Below are positions 1-8,098 of a DNA stretch of 27,666 bases, piece by piece. The notes beneath the pieces were generated by a model. It did no database searches and was not told the origin of the DNA. It was given only the letters and a program-made list of their open reading frames with translations. Source of the DNA: an uncultured Candidatus Saccharibacteria bacterium (GTDB lineage Bacteria > Patescibacteriota > Minisyncoccia > Phycocordibacterales > UBA918). The stretch's first letter is position 1; each line of letters opens with the position of its first letter. Location of the stretch: positions 19,336 to 47,001 of the forward strand of contig CAYTYF010000002.1 in assembly GCA_964442205.1 (NCBI GenBank). The letters are read 5' to 3'. Both the position numbers and the translations under genes were made by a program.

Positions 1-2
1 TC

Positions 3-227
3 AATGTTGCAGAAAGTGATGGCTCAACACCGTTCGCGACCCTCAACGTCGTAATGAACTTCGAAGGTAGTGCAAAGGATGCTGAGCGATTCTTGACCCT
101 GCTCGAGGCTCTGCCGTACGCGAGTAGCATCGAAATGTTCTCATACAGCGTGCAGGGAAGAGGCGACGGATTGTCGACGGTAGCTGGTTCGGTGTCATTG
201 CTCGTGAGCGTGCAAACCTATGAGTAG
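3..227 (+). CDS. 3' end of a probable type IV pilus PilO-like inner-membrane protein (5' end outside the window)
   Basis: Open frame from position 3 to TAG at 225-227: ...LNVVMNFEGSAKDAERFLTLLEALPYASSIEMFSY..., which resembles the PilO/GspM ferredoxin-like C-terminus. Overlaps the next ATG by 8 nt. Confidence 0.5.
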   Translation, partial: NVAESDGSTPFATLNVVMNFEGSAKDAERFLTLLEALPYASSIEMFSYSVQGRGDGLSTVAGSVSLLVSVQTYE

Positions 228-636
228 CTTTAACAACATCTTTTCAAAATTCGGTCGGAAAGGTCGCGGTGGTGCGAACCGTTTCAAACCGCGCCCGATG
301 CGACCTGGCCGCGACTGGCTCTTTGGCATCTTTTTCTTCACCGTGATCGTTGCGTGCGGCAGTGTTGCGAGCGGACTCATGTTCATGCGGTACAGTTCGA
401 CCACCATCGAGAGCGCGTCCACCGACATCACCATGCCTCGGTACAACCAAAAACAGGTGGATGATGCACTCACTAAATTCAAAGGCCGAACAGCCACCTT
501 CAAACATATCCTCAGCACTGGTGCACCGTTGCCAACAGAGCCGGTAGCGCCAGCTACAACAACTGCGCCGGTATCACTCCCAACACCAGAACCCGAGCCA
601 ACACCGGCAGTAGAGGGAGCAATGCAGGTGGAGTAG
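220..636 (+). CDS. Single-pass membrane protein with Pro/Thr-rich tail, probably pil-operon associated
   Basis: 138 aa. Basic N-terminus, one TM helix (WLFGIFFFTVIVACGSVASGLMFM), PTPEPEPTP tail. Translationally coupled to the upstream gene. Confidence 0.7.
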   Translation: MSSFNNIFSKFGRKGRGGANRFKPRPMRPGRDWLFGIFFFTVIVACGSVASGLMFMRYSSTTIESASTDITMPRYNQKQVDDALTKFKGRTATFKHILSTGAPLPTEPVAPATTTAPVSLPTPEPEPTPAVEGAMQVE

Positions 637-650
637 ATCTGTAATGTATA

Positions 651-687
651 AAAAATGCCGTTGCTCGAATTGTGTCGAGCAACGGCA
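651..687 (-). terminator. Intrinsic terminator for the 700-1011 gene
   Basis: 13-bp perfect stem TGCCGTTGCTCGA/TCGAGCAACGGCA (656-668/675-687), followed by T5 on the minus strand. Confidence 0.75.
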
Positions 688-699
688 GTTGCAAGAGGT

Positions 700-1011
700 T
701 CAGCCGAATGCGTAGGCCCCGAGGGCGGCTTTGAGTCGAGGTGCTTTAGTAACACCCTCCCACTTCCCATCCAGTCCGAGCACTTCGATGTCGATGAGTC
801 GCCCCATGAGGTCGAACTTTTGGGTTCGTACTCGAACGTGCACCCAATCGACTTCTCTCGATTCCGCCACGCTGAGTTGAACGCGTTTGAGCCAAGCTCG
901 AGCGCATGCATCGCAGAGCCCGACATCCTTCAGTGTCTGATGCTTCACGCGCGCAGGCTGCTTCCTGCTACAGCAGGGGTGCCCGTCCATTCCTTCGCAA
1001 TAAATGGTCAC
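700..1011 (-). CDS. Small Cys-rich orphan protein, possible zinc finger (103 aa, GTG start)
   Basis: GAGGAG lies 7 nt before the GTG at 1011. Sequence YCEGMDGHPCC...LCDACARAW. Has its own promoter and terminator. Confidence 0.6.
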   Translation of the reverse strand: MTIYCEGMDGHPCCSRKQPARVKHQTLKDVGLCDACARAWLKRVQLSVAESREVDWVHVRVRTQKFDLMGRLIDIEVLGLDGKWEGVTKAPRLKAALGAYAFG

Positions 1012-1046
1012 CTTTTGTCTCCTCAACGTACGTTGATGCTGCATTA

Positions 1047-1075
1047 TTTATACTATATTTTGGGTAAAAAGTCAA
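1047..1075 (-). promoter_or_regulatory. Sigma70-type promoter for the 700-1011 gene
   Basis: Minus-strand TTGACT (1075-1070), 17-nt spacer, TATAAA (1052-1047). Confidence 0.55.
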
Positions 1076-1090
1076 TGAAGCTGAGGTAAA

Positions 1091-1155
1091 GAAAAAGGAG
1101 GCCGTGGGGCCTCCGTAGTTTTGAACTGGGCGGGGTCCGCCCAGTTCGTTTTTGG
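1091..1155. terminator. Two adjacent GC-rich hairpins. The 1097-1114 hairpin followed by T5 on the minus strand is the likely terminator of the large gene.
   Basis: GGAGGCC/GGCCTCC (1097-1114) with an A-run at 1092-1096; GAACTGGGCGG/CCGCCCAGTTC (1123-1147) with a T-run after it on the plus strand. Confidence 0.7.
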
Positions 1156-1157
1156 TT

Positions 1158-3629
1158 TTAGAAGAGTCCGAACAGACCGCTTCCTTCGTCGATGACGTGG
1201 GGTTTGATGTCCCACATGACCGGCTCTTGAGCCTCGTGGTCCACGTCGTCGAGGTAGTCCTCGATAGCGTTTCTGTCTAGGCCGTTCGGTGCGGCGGGCT
1301 CGATGTCCCACATGACCGGACCGCCATCGTCCTGGTTGAAGCTGATCGGCGCTTGACCAGGACGGTTCAAGAGACCTTCGTTCGCGGTCGCCTTACCGGC
1401 GTTGTGGTCCTCCATCTGCTCGAGCAGGTCCTGGCGGTCGTTATGTTCGCGAACTTGAGCCGGCGTCATGTTGTCGAGCGTGTTTTTGACGTCGGCGGGA
1501 TCGTTGATGTCATAGAAACCATTACGTATCGCTGTATCCACGTACGTAAAGGTTTCAGACGAGACAGCCGCTCCGCCGACCAAAGCGGCACCAGTCACAG
1601 CTGCCGGTGGAACAGAGACACCGAGAAGAGCTGCGCCAGCGGGAATGCCCGCTCTGATGAGGGCGCCGGTGCCCATAGCAGCTGCTGTACTTGCAGCACC
1701 CGGCACAACATCGCCTGGTACGTTGTCGAGCGTAAAGATGCCCGGCGCCCTATCGACGATGGGGACGTCGAGACCGTAGTAGACAGTGTCGGAGACTGCC
1801 ATTGCTGGCGGGGTAGTTCCGCGACTGAGCATTGTGCCAGTGAAGATGTCGGTCCCAGCCTTGAGGAAGGGATTTGCGACCAGTCCGGGCGCATACTCCC
1901 TTATCGCGCCACTTATGTACGGAGTAACTTGCAGTGAGAGCATCGTTGACGCCATGCCTGGAGCGTACCGCTCCATGGCCTGCAGTCGATGTGCTTGTTC
2001 TGGGGTCAGGTCGTCGAGACGAGGATCTTCAGGGATCTCACCGCCGACCAGTGCGCGAACTACAATGTTACCGAACTTGACCGGATCAGATGGATTGAGA
2101 TGCTCTTCAAGAGCCGCTTTCGCCTGGTCCGCATTATACTGTGCGTAGACAACATCACTATTAAGGGAAGGTCTACCATCCGCAACGCCTGCTGCATACT
2201 CCGCAGCGTTCACCGCCTCACCCACCAAACGCTTGGTATCGGCGATGTCGTCATCCCGTTCCGTACGGAGTTGCTCCGCGAGGCTCGGACTGTTGACGAC
2301 AGCCTGTACCGCAGCGTCGAGGATCTGCACTCCAACCAGATTGGCGTGCGCGTCGTCGATACCTTTTGCACCGAGCTCAGCTCGGTACTCGGGCAAGCCG
2401 TAGGCATTGCCGTAAGGCTCAGTTGACGGCTGAGTAAGCTGGAGGTTCCTGGTGGCCGCGCGGTCAATGTCGCCGACCGCCATCTTCTCCAGGTTATCGA
2501 GCTCGCCCGGTGCAAGCGGGCGATCAAGCAGATCGCCCGCTTCGATTTCGGTAGCAGGGTCGGGCATGAATCCTGGCCGTGCCATCGGTCGAAGGGGACC
2601 GGCATCAACTGCGTCGGTAGAAGGTCCGTCGACCGGCCGTTGCAGGCTCGCCATGACTTGATTCATGACGAGTTGTTCCGGCGCGGGCCGTGGTTCTGGC
2701 CTGGTGACCATTTCTCCGCCGAAGCCCAGAGGACCAGTATTGGGCAGGTCGAGCGCATCTCCGAGCGATTGCTCGTCCGGAACGAAGCTGCCCGTGACCG
2801 GTGAGTCGAGAGGTGGGCGCGCCATCGTGACCCCGTCCAACCCCTGACCGGGGTCGAGCGAGAATGACGCATTAGGCGCGAGACTGGCGAGCGTGAGCTT
2901 CGAAGTGTCGTCGTAGGAGACGGTCACTTCTGGTCGAGCACGAGGCCCGTCGACCATCTGCCCGACGGTGTACCCGAGTGGGCCGTCTGTCGAAGCCGGC
3001 AGGTCGAGTACCCCCGCAAGCGACATGATGCCTCCCGAAGAGGAGGACTCATTGCCGAAGTCGGGGTGAGTGATGCCGTCGATGGTTCCCAGGTTGGTCG
3101 GAAGTGGCGAAAGACCGAGCGCATGCTCGGCTGCACCTTCGACCGTCATTGGGCTGCCCAATCCAGCACTCAGAGCGCCTGTTGAAACGCTCCCCATCAG
3201 GTCGCCGAGCTTGAAGTCGCTCGGAGGATTGCTCAGCTCAATAGCGACTTTCGACGGAGTGACCGTCGCTGTCGGACGCGGTTCTGGCCGTGAGACGATG
3301 CCGCCGGTCGGGTAACCGTACGATGACCCGTTGCCGTTGTCCGTAACGCCGGCACTGCCGAAGCTGTTGCCTTGGGGGCTGTGATCCGAGCTGCCTGAGC
3401 TGCTCGGTGACGATACGGGTGATCCGGCATTGGGTGAATACGAACTGGGATCGCTGTAACCGGGAGTGGTTTGACCCCCGTAGCCGTTACCAAGAGAATC
3501 ACTGTGGTCGTAGCCTCCGCTTCCGCCGAGACTGTAGCTGTCGCTACCGTAACTGTTATTGCCGAGGGAGTTACTGTGGTCGTAACCACCGGATCCCCCA
3601 AGGTCCGAACTAAAGCCTGCTGCAGGCAT
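1158..3629 (-). CDS. Large acidic, low-complexity repeat protein of unknown function (~823 aa)
   Basis: Long ORF. AGAAGGAAG SD-like sequence precedes the ATG at 3629. Internal repeats GGSGGYDHSxSLGN x2, RPEPRP/RARP/RPMARP motifs, PVMWDIxP x2. Gly/Ala-rich hydrophobic stretch near the C-terminus. Confidence 0.8.
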   Translation of the reverse strand: MPAAGFSSDLGGSGGYDHSNSLGNNSYGSDSYSLGGSGGYDHSDSLGNGYGGQTTPGYSDPSSYSPNAGSPVSSPSSSGSSDHSPQGNSFGSAGVTDNGNGSSYGYPTGGIVSRPEPRPTATVTPSKVAIELSNPPSDFKLGDLMGSVSTGALSAGLGSPMTVEGAAEHALGLSPLPTNLGTIDGITHPDFGNESSSSGGIMSLAGVLDLPASTDGPLGYTVGQMVDGPRARPEVTVSYDDTSKLTLASLAPNASFSLDPGQGLDGVTMARPPLDSPVTGSFVPDEQSLGDALDLPNTGPLGFGGEMVTRPEPRPAPEQLVMNQVMASLQRPVDGPSTDAVDAGPLRPMARPGFMPDPATEIEAGDLLDRPLAPGELDNLEKMAVGDIDRAATRNLQLTQPSTEPYGNAYGLPEYRAELGAKGIDDAHANLVGVQILDAAVQAVVNSPSLAEQLRTERDDDIADTKRLVGEAVNAAEYAAGVADGRPSLNSDVVYAQYNADQAKAALEEHLNPSDPVKFGNIVVRALVGGEIPEDPRLDDLTPEQAHRLQAMERYAPGMASTMLSLQVTPYISGAIREYAPGLVANPFLKAGTDIFTGTMLSRGTTPPAMAVSDTVYYGLDVPIVDRAPGIFTLDNVPGDVVPGAASTAAAMGTGALIRAGIPAGAALLGVSVPPAAVTGAALVGGAAVSSETFTYVDTAIRNGFYDINDPADVKNTLDNMTPAQVREHNDRQDLLEQMEDHNAGKATANEGLLNRPGQAPISFNQDDGGPVMWDIEPAAPNGLDRNAIEDYLDDVDHEAQEPVMWDIKPHVIDEGSGLFGLF

Positions 3630-3649
3630 GCTGCACTTCCTTCTTATCA

Positions 3650-3667
3650 GCGGCAATTAATTGCCGC
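3650..3667. repeat. Perfect 18-bp palindrome upstream of the large gene
   Basis: GCGGCAATTAATTGCCGC, about 20 nt upstream of the start at 3629. Confidence 0.7.
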
Positions 3668-3944
3668 GCGAGTTACACTGTAGTCCGCAGTTGCCAAAGC
3701 AACCCCGGACATAGTTCACCGCTGTAGCTGTTGGTATCCTCCTTATGTTATTGCTGTCTGTGGAGCAGGGAAGCCCGCTCCATGTTCTAGAAAGTTCTGT
3801 CAAGGAACAGGTTGAGCTGGCATACATGTGCCGCACAACATTTTCGGTATAGTAGCAAATTAGTTAAAAAATATAGGCTCTGCACCAACACATACCTCAG
3901 ATTTGACGAAGTGTAAAGAAAGGGGTGGAAATGGAAATAGAACC

Positions 3945-4143
3945 GTCCCCGGAATCCTAAGCAAAATTTACACTACGTTCAATTTTGCTAAGGTTCCTGG
4001 ACGGCCGCTCGCATCGCGGGCATTAGGAATAGCCAGCGATATGCTGCGCGGCTTCGATTCCTGACGTACGCAACGAGGTTGCGTACTCTGGGGGCACACA
4101 TGACAAAAGACGGCTTGAGCCGTCTTTTGTCATGTGTGCCCCC
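3945..4143. mobile_element. tRNA-3'-end-associated structured element, tRNA-Arg-matched copy
   Basis: Hairpin 3956-3993 with loop TACACTACGTTC. GGCATTAGGAATAGCC hairpin at 4019-4034. Inverted tRNA-Arg 3' copy TTCGATTCCTG[AC GTACGCAAC GAG GTTGCGTAC T]CTGGGGGCAC at 4053-4097. Perfect 25-bp inverted repeat 4090-4114/4119-4143. The distal direct repeat (3945-3956) is degenerate. Confidence 0.75.
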
Positions 4144-4365
4144 GTGGCGTTGCGGAAAAATACCCATCAAGCCCTGTAAGCGTTTCTTGGTGACTGAAAT
4201 CAGTCTTTCCTGACCCCTCTCGGTAGGGCCTGTTTAAAGCCAGATGTTACAAATCTGACACCCAAACGGCCATTTAATAGGCAACGAATGAGCGATTTTT
4301 TAAAACGGATATGGCTCAAAATAAGGGTATTATCGCTAAAAAAGCCGGTAGTATAATAGAGGTAT

Positions 4366-5082
4366 ATGGACACAAGAAATACACTCTCTGCGCTCCGCCA
4401 AGCTCTCGTACGACGTAAAGCTATCGAGGATCAGGTACGGCAAGCGATAGAACCAATAAAACCAACGCTTCGCTTTATCGCTGAACTTCAGGCTATTTAT
4501 CAGGAAGTATACGGCGCTGAGCCAGTTGCTGAGATATCAGCGGAACCAGCTCTAGAGCCAGTGAAGCAGGTAAAGCCAAAGACCAAGAAGGAGGTCTTAT
4601 TCACTGAGGCGATAGTAAAACTCCCACTTAACGCTAAATGGGAGAAACTCACCATCAGTTTCATCAGTAGCCAAGATATTAAGGTGAAATACGGAGACAC
4701 AACCATCGGTGAGTATTCACACGAGGACTTAGGCTTTGCTCAAGATAATACTGAGTGGAAAAAACCAGACCGACGCTGGGCTCTTTTAACAGTACTGGCA
4801 GTCGCTAGTAAGTTTGAGCCAAAGATGGTGATGACGAAGGATCATCTAATGAACGTCTGCGGAGTGAAATCCCAGAATGCAGTTGAAAAACAAAAGAGTG
4901 ATCTAGCTAAAGGGCTACGCCTTGCGTTTGGCATCCAAGAAGATCCGTTTGAGCGATATACACACGAAACTGGCTACCAGCCCAAGTTCACCCTTCTGCC
5001 TGAAAAAGAGATGCGTGGCGATGGTGAACTACATCATTCAGGAGCGGTAGACTTTGAGGACGTAATATACCAAGACGACTAG
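4366..5082 (+). CDS. Hypothetical protein, possible C-terminal winged-helix DNA-binding domain
   Basis: 238 aa. TATAAT and AGAGG just upstream. C-terminal segment WALLTVLA...NAVEKQKSDLAKGLRLAFGIQEDPF...GY resembles a wHTH (pattern only). Confidence 0.6.
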   Translation: MDTRNTLSALRQALVRRKAIEDQVRQAIEPIKPTLRFIAELQAIYQEVYGAEPVAEISAEPALEPVKQVKPKTKKEVLFTEAIVKLPLNAKWEKLTISFISSQDIKVKYGDTTIGEYSHEDLGFAQDNTEWKKPDRRWALLTVLAVASKFEPKMVMTKDHLMNVCGVKSQNAVEKQKSDLAKGLRLAFGIQEDPFERYTHETGYQPKFTLLPEKEMRGDGELHHSGAVDFEDVIYQDD

Positions 5083-5131
5083 CTTTATAGTGCCCATATA
5101 AATAAGGGTTTACTGTGATAAAATAGGTTTT

Positions 5132-6838
5132 ATGTCAATCGAACGAGGAATTCGGCAAGATGAAACGTGGATCACATCTGATCCAGTAGTTGGGTGTGCT
5201 AAAAACTGCAACTACTGTTTTCTTCAAGGTTATGACAAGACTCAGAAACCAGGTATGCCGATTATGTCGACAGAAAAGGCTGTTGACCAGATTATTTCGT
5301 TCGAAAATTACAGAGAGGATAGTCCAATCATGGTTGGTAGCGAGACTGATGCTTTTATGAATCGGTCAAACATCGACTATTTCACAGAGCTGTTTAAAAC
5401 TTACGCCGAACGAGAGTTGCCAAATCCACTTGTGTTCTCGACTAAGTGCAAAATTCCAGATGAATTCATTGAACTTATAAAGGCAAATGAAGCAATTAAA
5501 ACAGTTTTTTATTTGAGCTACTCAGGTTTGCCACAGACACTGGAACCTGGAATAAAAGGAGATCAGATTAGAAGTAACTTTGAGAGACTCAAAGACGCGG
5601 AGATTCCAACTATCCATTACTGGCGACCGTTTCTCCCACAGAATTCTCATCGTGAAAAGATTCGAGAGATTATTGATTATGTGGCAGAACAAGCTACATG
5701 TAGTGTAGCAGTTGGTCTAAAGAGTAATGATGAAATCATTAAGCACTTGATAGCAGCGTGGCCTGAGCTTGGTGAAAATGCTGATCTGGCAAATCAGTCC
5801 GCTGATGTCTGGCCTGAAGGCGTGAGAGATTATGTAGAGCAGTATACGAGTGAGCGACATCCAGACTATCCGTTGTTTTGGGTGAATTCGTGCGCATTAG
5901 CTTATGCACTGCAACGACCTGATTTCAATGCCATGTTTGAAGGAACGGTATGTGCCGAAAATCATTGCCCTCCAGAACAACGAGAACGATGCGCTATTAA
6001 TCTTCTTGGATATAAGCCGACGAACGATGCCGTACAGGAAGCCTTAGATCAAATGGATTTAGATTACACTTTTGATCTAAACGAAGAAGAGAAGATGATT
6101 TATGTTGACGGTGATGTTAGTCACGGACAACTTATCTACCTGAGACAGAAACTTAACTATCCAATCAAAACACGTGGTGATTTTTCGAGCACCAATGAAT
6201 GGGCTGGTCAAGCATCAAACAGGGAATCAATGCACCTACCGTATGCTTCAGAAAATTTTGATATTGATGTTATCTGGGAACGTGCCCAGTATACTCGCAA
6301 TCTGTTTCGCTCAGTAGAAAGAATTCAGTGGGGTGCTGAACAGTACGCACTTGAGTTAATGGTGCAGGTTGGACACCTTTCTGATTTAGTGTTGCGACAA
6401 GAGCACAAACTTAACAAGCGTTCTGAAGAGGAAAACGCTGATGCTTTGGCTGATGAAATTAGCGATGTGATATTAAATATATTTTCAATTGCCGACGAAT
6501 TTTCTTTGTCGTTGCCGAACTTACTTCGGGATGAAATGGGTTTAAAGCGAACGGAAATAGTAGACAGTGCGCAGTTGGTTGAGGGAAAGCGAATTGAGTC
6601 TGAAGAACAGATTAGTCAGGCAATGCTTGAGCTGTCAAAACAGTCTGCCTTACTTGCGAGCATGGTTACTGAAGTGGTGGAAGATAAAGCAAAGAAAGAA
6701 GACTTAAAGAAAGTTCTCCTAGAAGCGTTTGACGCTGCTATGGCAGTGCTTGATTTCTATAAGGTCAATTTGCATAAAGCTTTCGACAAAATGATCCTAG
6801 AGTCAGAAGCCTTTGTAGAGAAGAATAAGCTTGAATAA
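5132..6838 (+). CDS. Radical SAM enzyme (spore-photoproduct-lyase-like clade) fused to tandem MazG-like NTP pyrophosphatase-fold domains
   Basis: CxxxCxxC motif GCAKNCNYC near the N-terminus; LSYSGL..EP and HYWRP motifs. C-terminal ELMVQVGHL...LADEISDVILNIFSIAD and AMLELSKQSALL repeats have the MazG/dUTPase all-alpha pattern. Confidence 0.75.
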   Translation: MSIERGIRQDETWITSDPVVGCAKNCNYCFLQGYDKTQKPGMPIMSTEKAVDQIISFENYREDSPIMVGSETDAFMNRSNIDYFTELFKTYAERELPNPLVFSTKCKIPDEFIELIKANEAIKTVFYLSYSGLPQTLEPGIKGDQIRSNFERLKDAEIPTIHYWRPFLPQNSHREKIREIIDYVAEQATCSVAVGLKSNDEIIKHLIAAWPELGENADLANQSADVWPEGVRDYVEQYTSERHPDYPLFWVNSCALAYALQRPDFNAMFEGTVCAENHCPPEQRERCAINLLGYKPTNDAVQEALDQMDLDYTFDLNEEEKMIYVDGDVSHGQLIYLRQKLNYPIKTRGDFSSTNEWAGQASNRESMHLPYASENFDIDVIWERAQYTRNLFRSVERIQWGAEQYALELMVQVGHLSDLVLRQEHKLNKRSEEENADALADEISDVILNIFSIADEFSLSLPNLLRDEMGLKRTEIVDSAQLVEGKRIESEEQISQAMLELSKQSALLASMVTEVVEDKAKKEDLKKVLLEAFDAAMAVLDFYKVNLHKAFDKMILESEAFVEKNKLE

Positions 6839-6843
6839 TTAGT

Positions 6844-7488
6844 ATGGAAAATGAACAATTAACCACTTACAACGCCTTCAATCAGCCCATTGGGAAAGCT
6901 GATCGATCTGAAGTGCATAAAAACGGTTTATGGCACCGGTCAGTGAACTACTTAGTTCTCGATCAGCAAAAGCGGACTCTAATCTTTCAAGATTCAAAGA
7001 CTCTAGATCAATTCGATAAGGACACCTTTTTTATCAAGATGAATGGTGGTCATGTTCAGGGTGATGATATGAAAAGTGAGATGGCTCGCGAACTGCATGA
7101 AGAGCTCGGTTTGGAAGCATCTCAAGCGTTGAACATACATTTTCTAGGTGTGTATCAAGTATCGTTCGAGCCAACGGAGGATTTTGTAAACCGTGAGTTC
7201 ATGTATTTTTATCTAGTGAGTTTTGAGAACGTACTACAAAATGTTGGTATGGATGATGCTGAAGTGAAGACAGTTTTAGAAATCCCGATTGATGACACAG
7301 TCGATTTGTTAACTGGTGGGAGAGTGGAAGTTGAGGTGTCTGCAAAAGATGTAAATAGTACAGAAATGAATCTGACTCTCACAAACGAGGCATTCAAGAA
7401 TTTTACCGACGATGCATTGTACTTGAGACTTTTCTTGGCAGCGCAAGATTTTTGCAACGGTAGAGATCCTAAACACATTGTAATTTAG
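6844..7488 (+). CDS. Nudix hydrolase, IPP-isomerase-like subfamily
   Basis: R.EVHKNGLWHRSV N-terminus; Nudix box GGHVQGDDMKSEMARELHEELGL. Starts 5 nt after the radical SAM stop. Confidence 0.85.
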   Translation: MENEQLTTYNAFNQPIGKADRSEVHKNGLWHRSVNYLVLDQQKRTLIFQDSKTLDQFDKDTFFIKMNGGHVQGDDMKSEMARELHEELGLEASQALNIHFLGVYQVSFEPTEDFVNREFMYFYLVSFENVLQNVGMDDAEVKTVLEIPIDDTVDLLTGGRVEVEVSAKDVNSTEMNLTLTNEAFKNFTDDALYLRLFLAAQDFCNGRDPKHIVI

Positions 7489-7520
7489 AACACCCTCGAC
7501 CGGACATGGTCGAGGGTGTT
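7489..7520. terminator. Hairpin between convergent Nudix and NDK genes
   Basis: 13-bp perfect stem AACACCCTCGACC/GGTCGAGGGTGTT with a 6-nt loop. No clear U-tract. Confidence 0.65.
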
Positions 7521-7541
7521 GGTTATGGAGCGTGTTTCGTA

Positions 7542-7961
7542 TCAGAATAGTGACATAACTCGCTCCTTCGAGAAAAAGATCACAGCTTCTCGGAAGAACT
7601 GGTCGAAGTTCATGCTCGAATGTGCGAGGTTGTTGGCTATGTCGGTCCCCATCTTCCGAATGGTTCCCGGCGGACTGAGCTGCGGTTCGTTGATGCCGAC
7701 CAGAAAGTTCAGGCGATCAACTGCTCTGCGGCCGGTGACGATTATTCCGTGACACTCGCCAGAAGTGATGTGCCGGCAGAGGTCTGCGAAGTAGGCTTCC
7801 TCGGCACATTGTTGATAGAACAGCCTCGCCTCAGGAAGAGTGAGACTGCGACGGTCTTGCATAACGATCTCCAACCCGCTGTTGGTGATCATTTCAAGAC
7901 ACTGCTCGACGAGTTCGCGCTCGACACAGTCAGGTTTCAGAAGACACATTGAGTAGATCAT
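7542..7961 (-). CDS. ndk: Nucleoside diphosphate kinase (divergent)
   Basis: LLKPDCVER, PGTIR and NLAHSS (catalytic His). GGAGGT SD precedes the ATG at 7961. 139 aa. Confidence 0.85.
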   Translation of the reverse strand: MIYSMCLLKPDCVERELVEQCLEMITNSGLEIVMQDRRSLTLPEARLFYQQCAEEAYFADLCRHITSGECHGIIVTGRRAVDRLNFLVGINEPQLSPPGTIRKMGTDIANNLAHSSMNFDQFFREAVIFFSKERVMSLF

Positions 7962-8098
7962 TGAACCACCTCCATTGGTGCGAAAATTGGTGTCTGGCTG
8001 CATAATGCCATTATTTTGATAAAAAGCAAGGTTTTCGCTGAAATCTCAGCAGTAGATGGTAGAGGGACCATTAATATAAAACACCCTCGCAATCTACT

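Noticed and set aside
655-1089. 144-aa plus-strand ORF (and the 243-aa minus-strand ORF at 195-926)
   Set aside because: Both overlap better-supported genes and terminators. They have no SD or recognisable motifs.
1353-3683. Multiple plus-strand and alternate-frame ORFs within the large gene
   Set aside because: Shadow ORFs of a GC-rich coding sequence.
3658-3828. ~56-codon Cys-containing minus-strand frame (MYASSTC...GCFGNCGLQCNSRGN)
   Set aside because: No SD at a usable distance and no recognisable family. It is more simply the leader of the large gene.
4053-4097. TTCGATTCC-containing segments (also 11711, 25086, 26017) as extra tRNA genes or intron-containing tRNAs
   Set aside because: Only T-loop-to-acceptor 3' halves are present, with no D or anticodon arm. 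They are treated as parts of the element.
5132-6838. Calling the radical SAM protein a viperin or a true spore photoproduct lyase
   Set aside because: Motifs fit the SPL-like clade only loosely and do not look like the MoaA-like viperin pattern. The function cannot be assigned from sequence alone.
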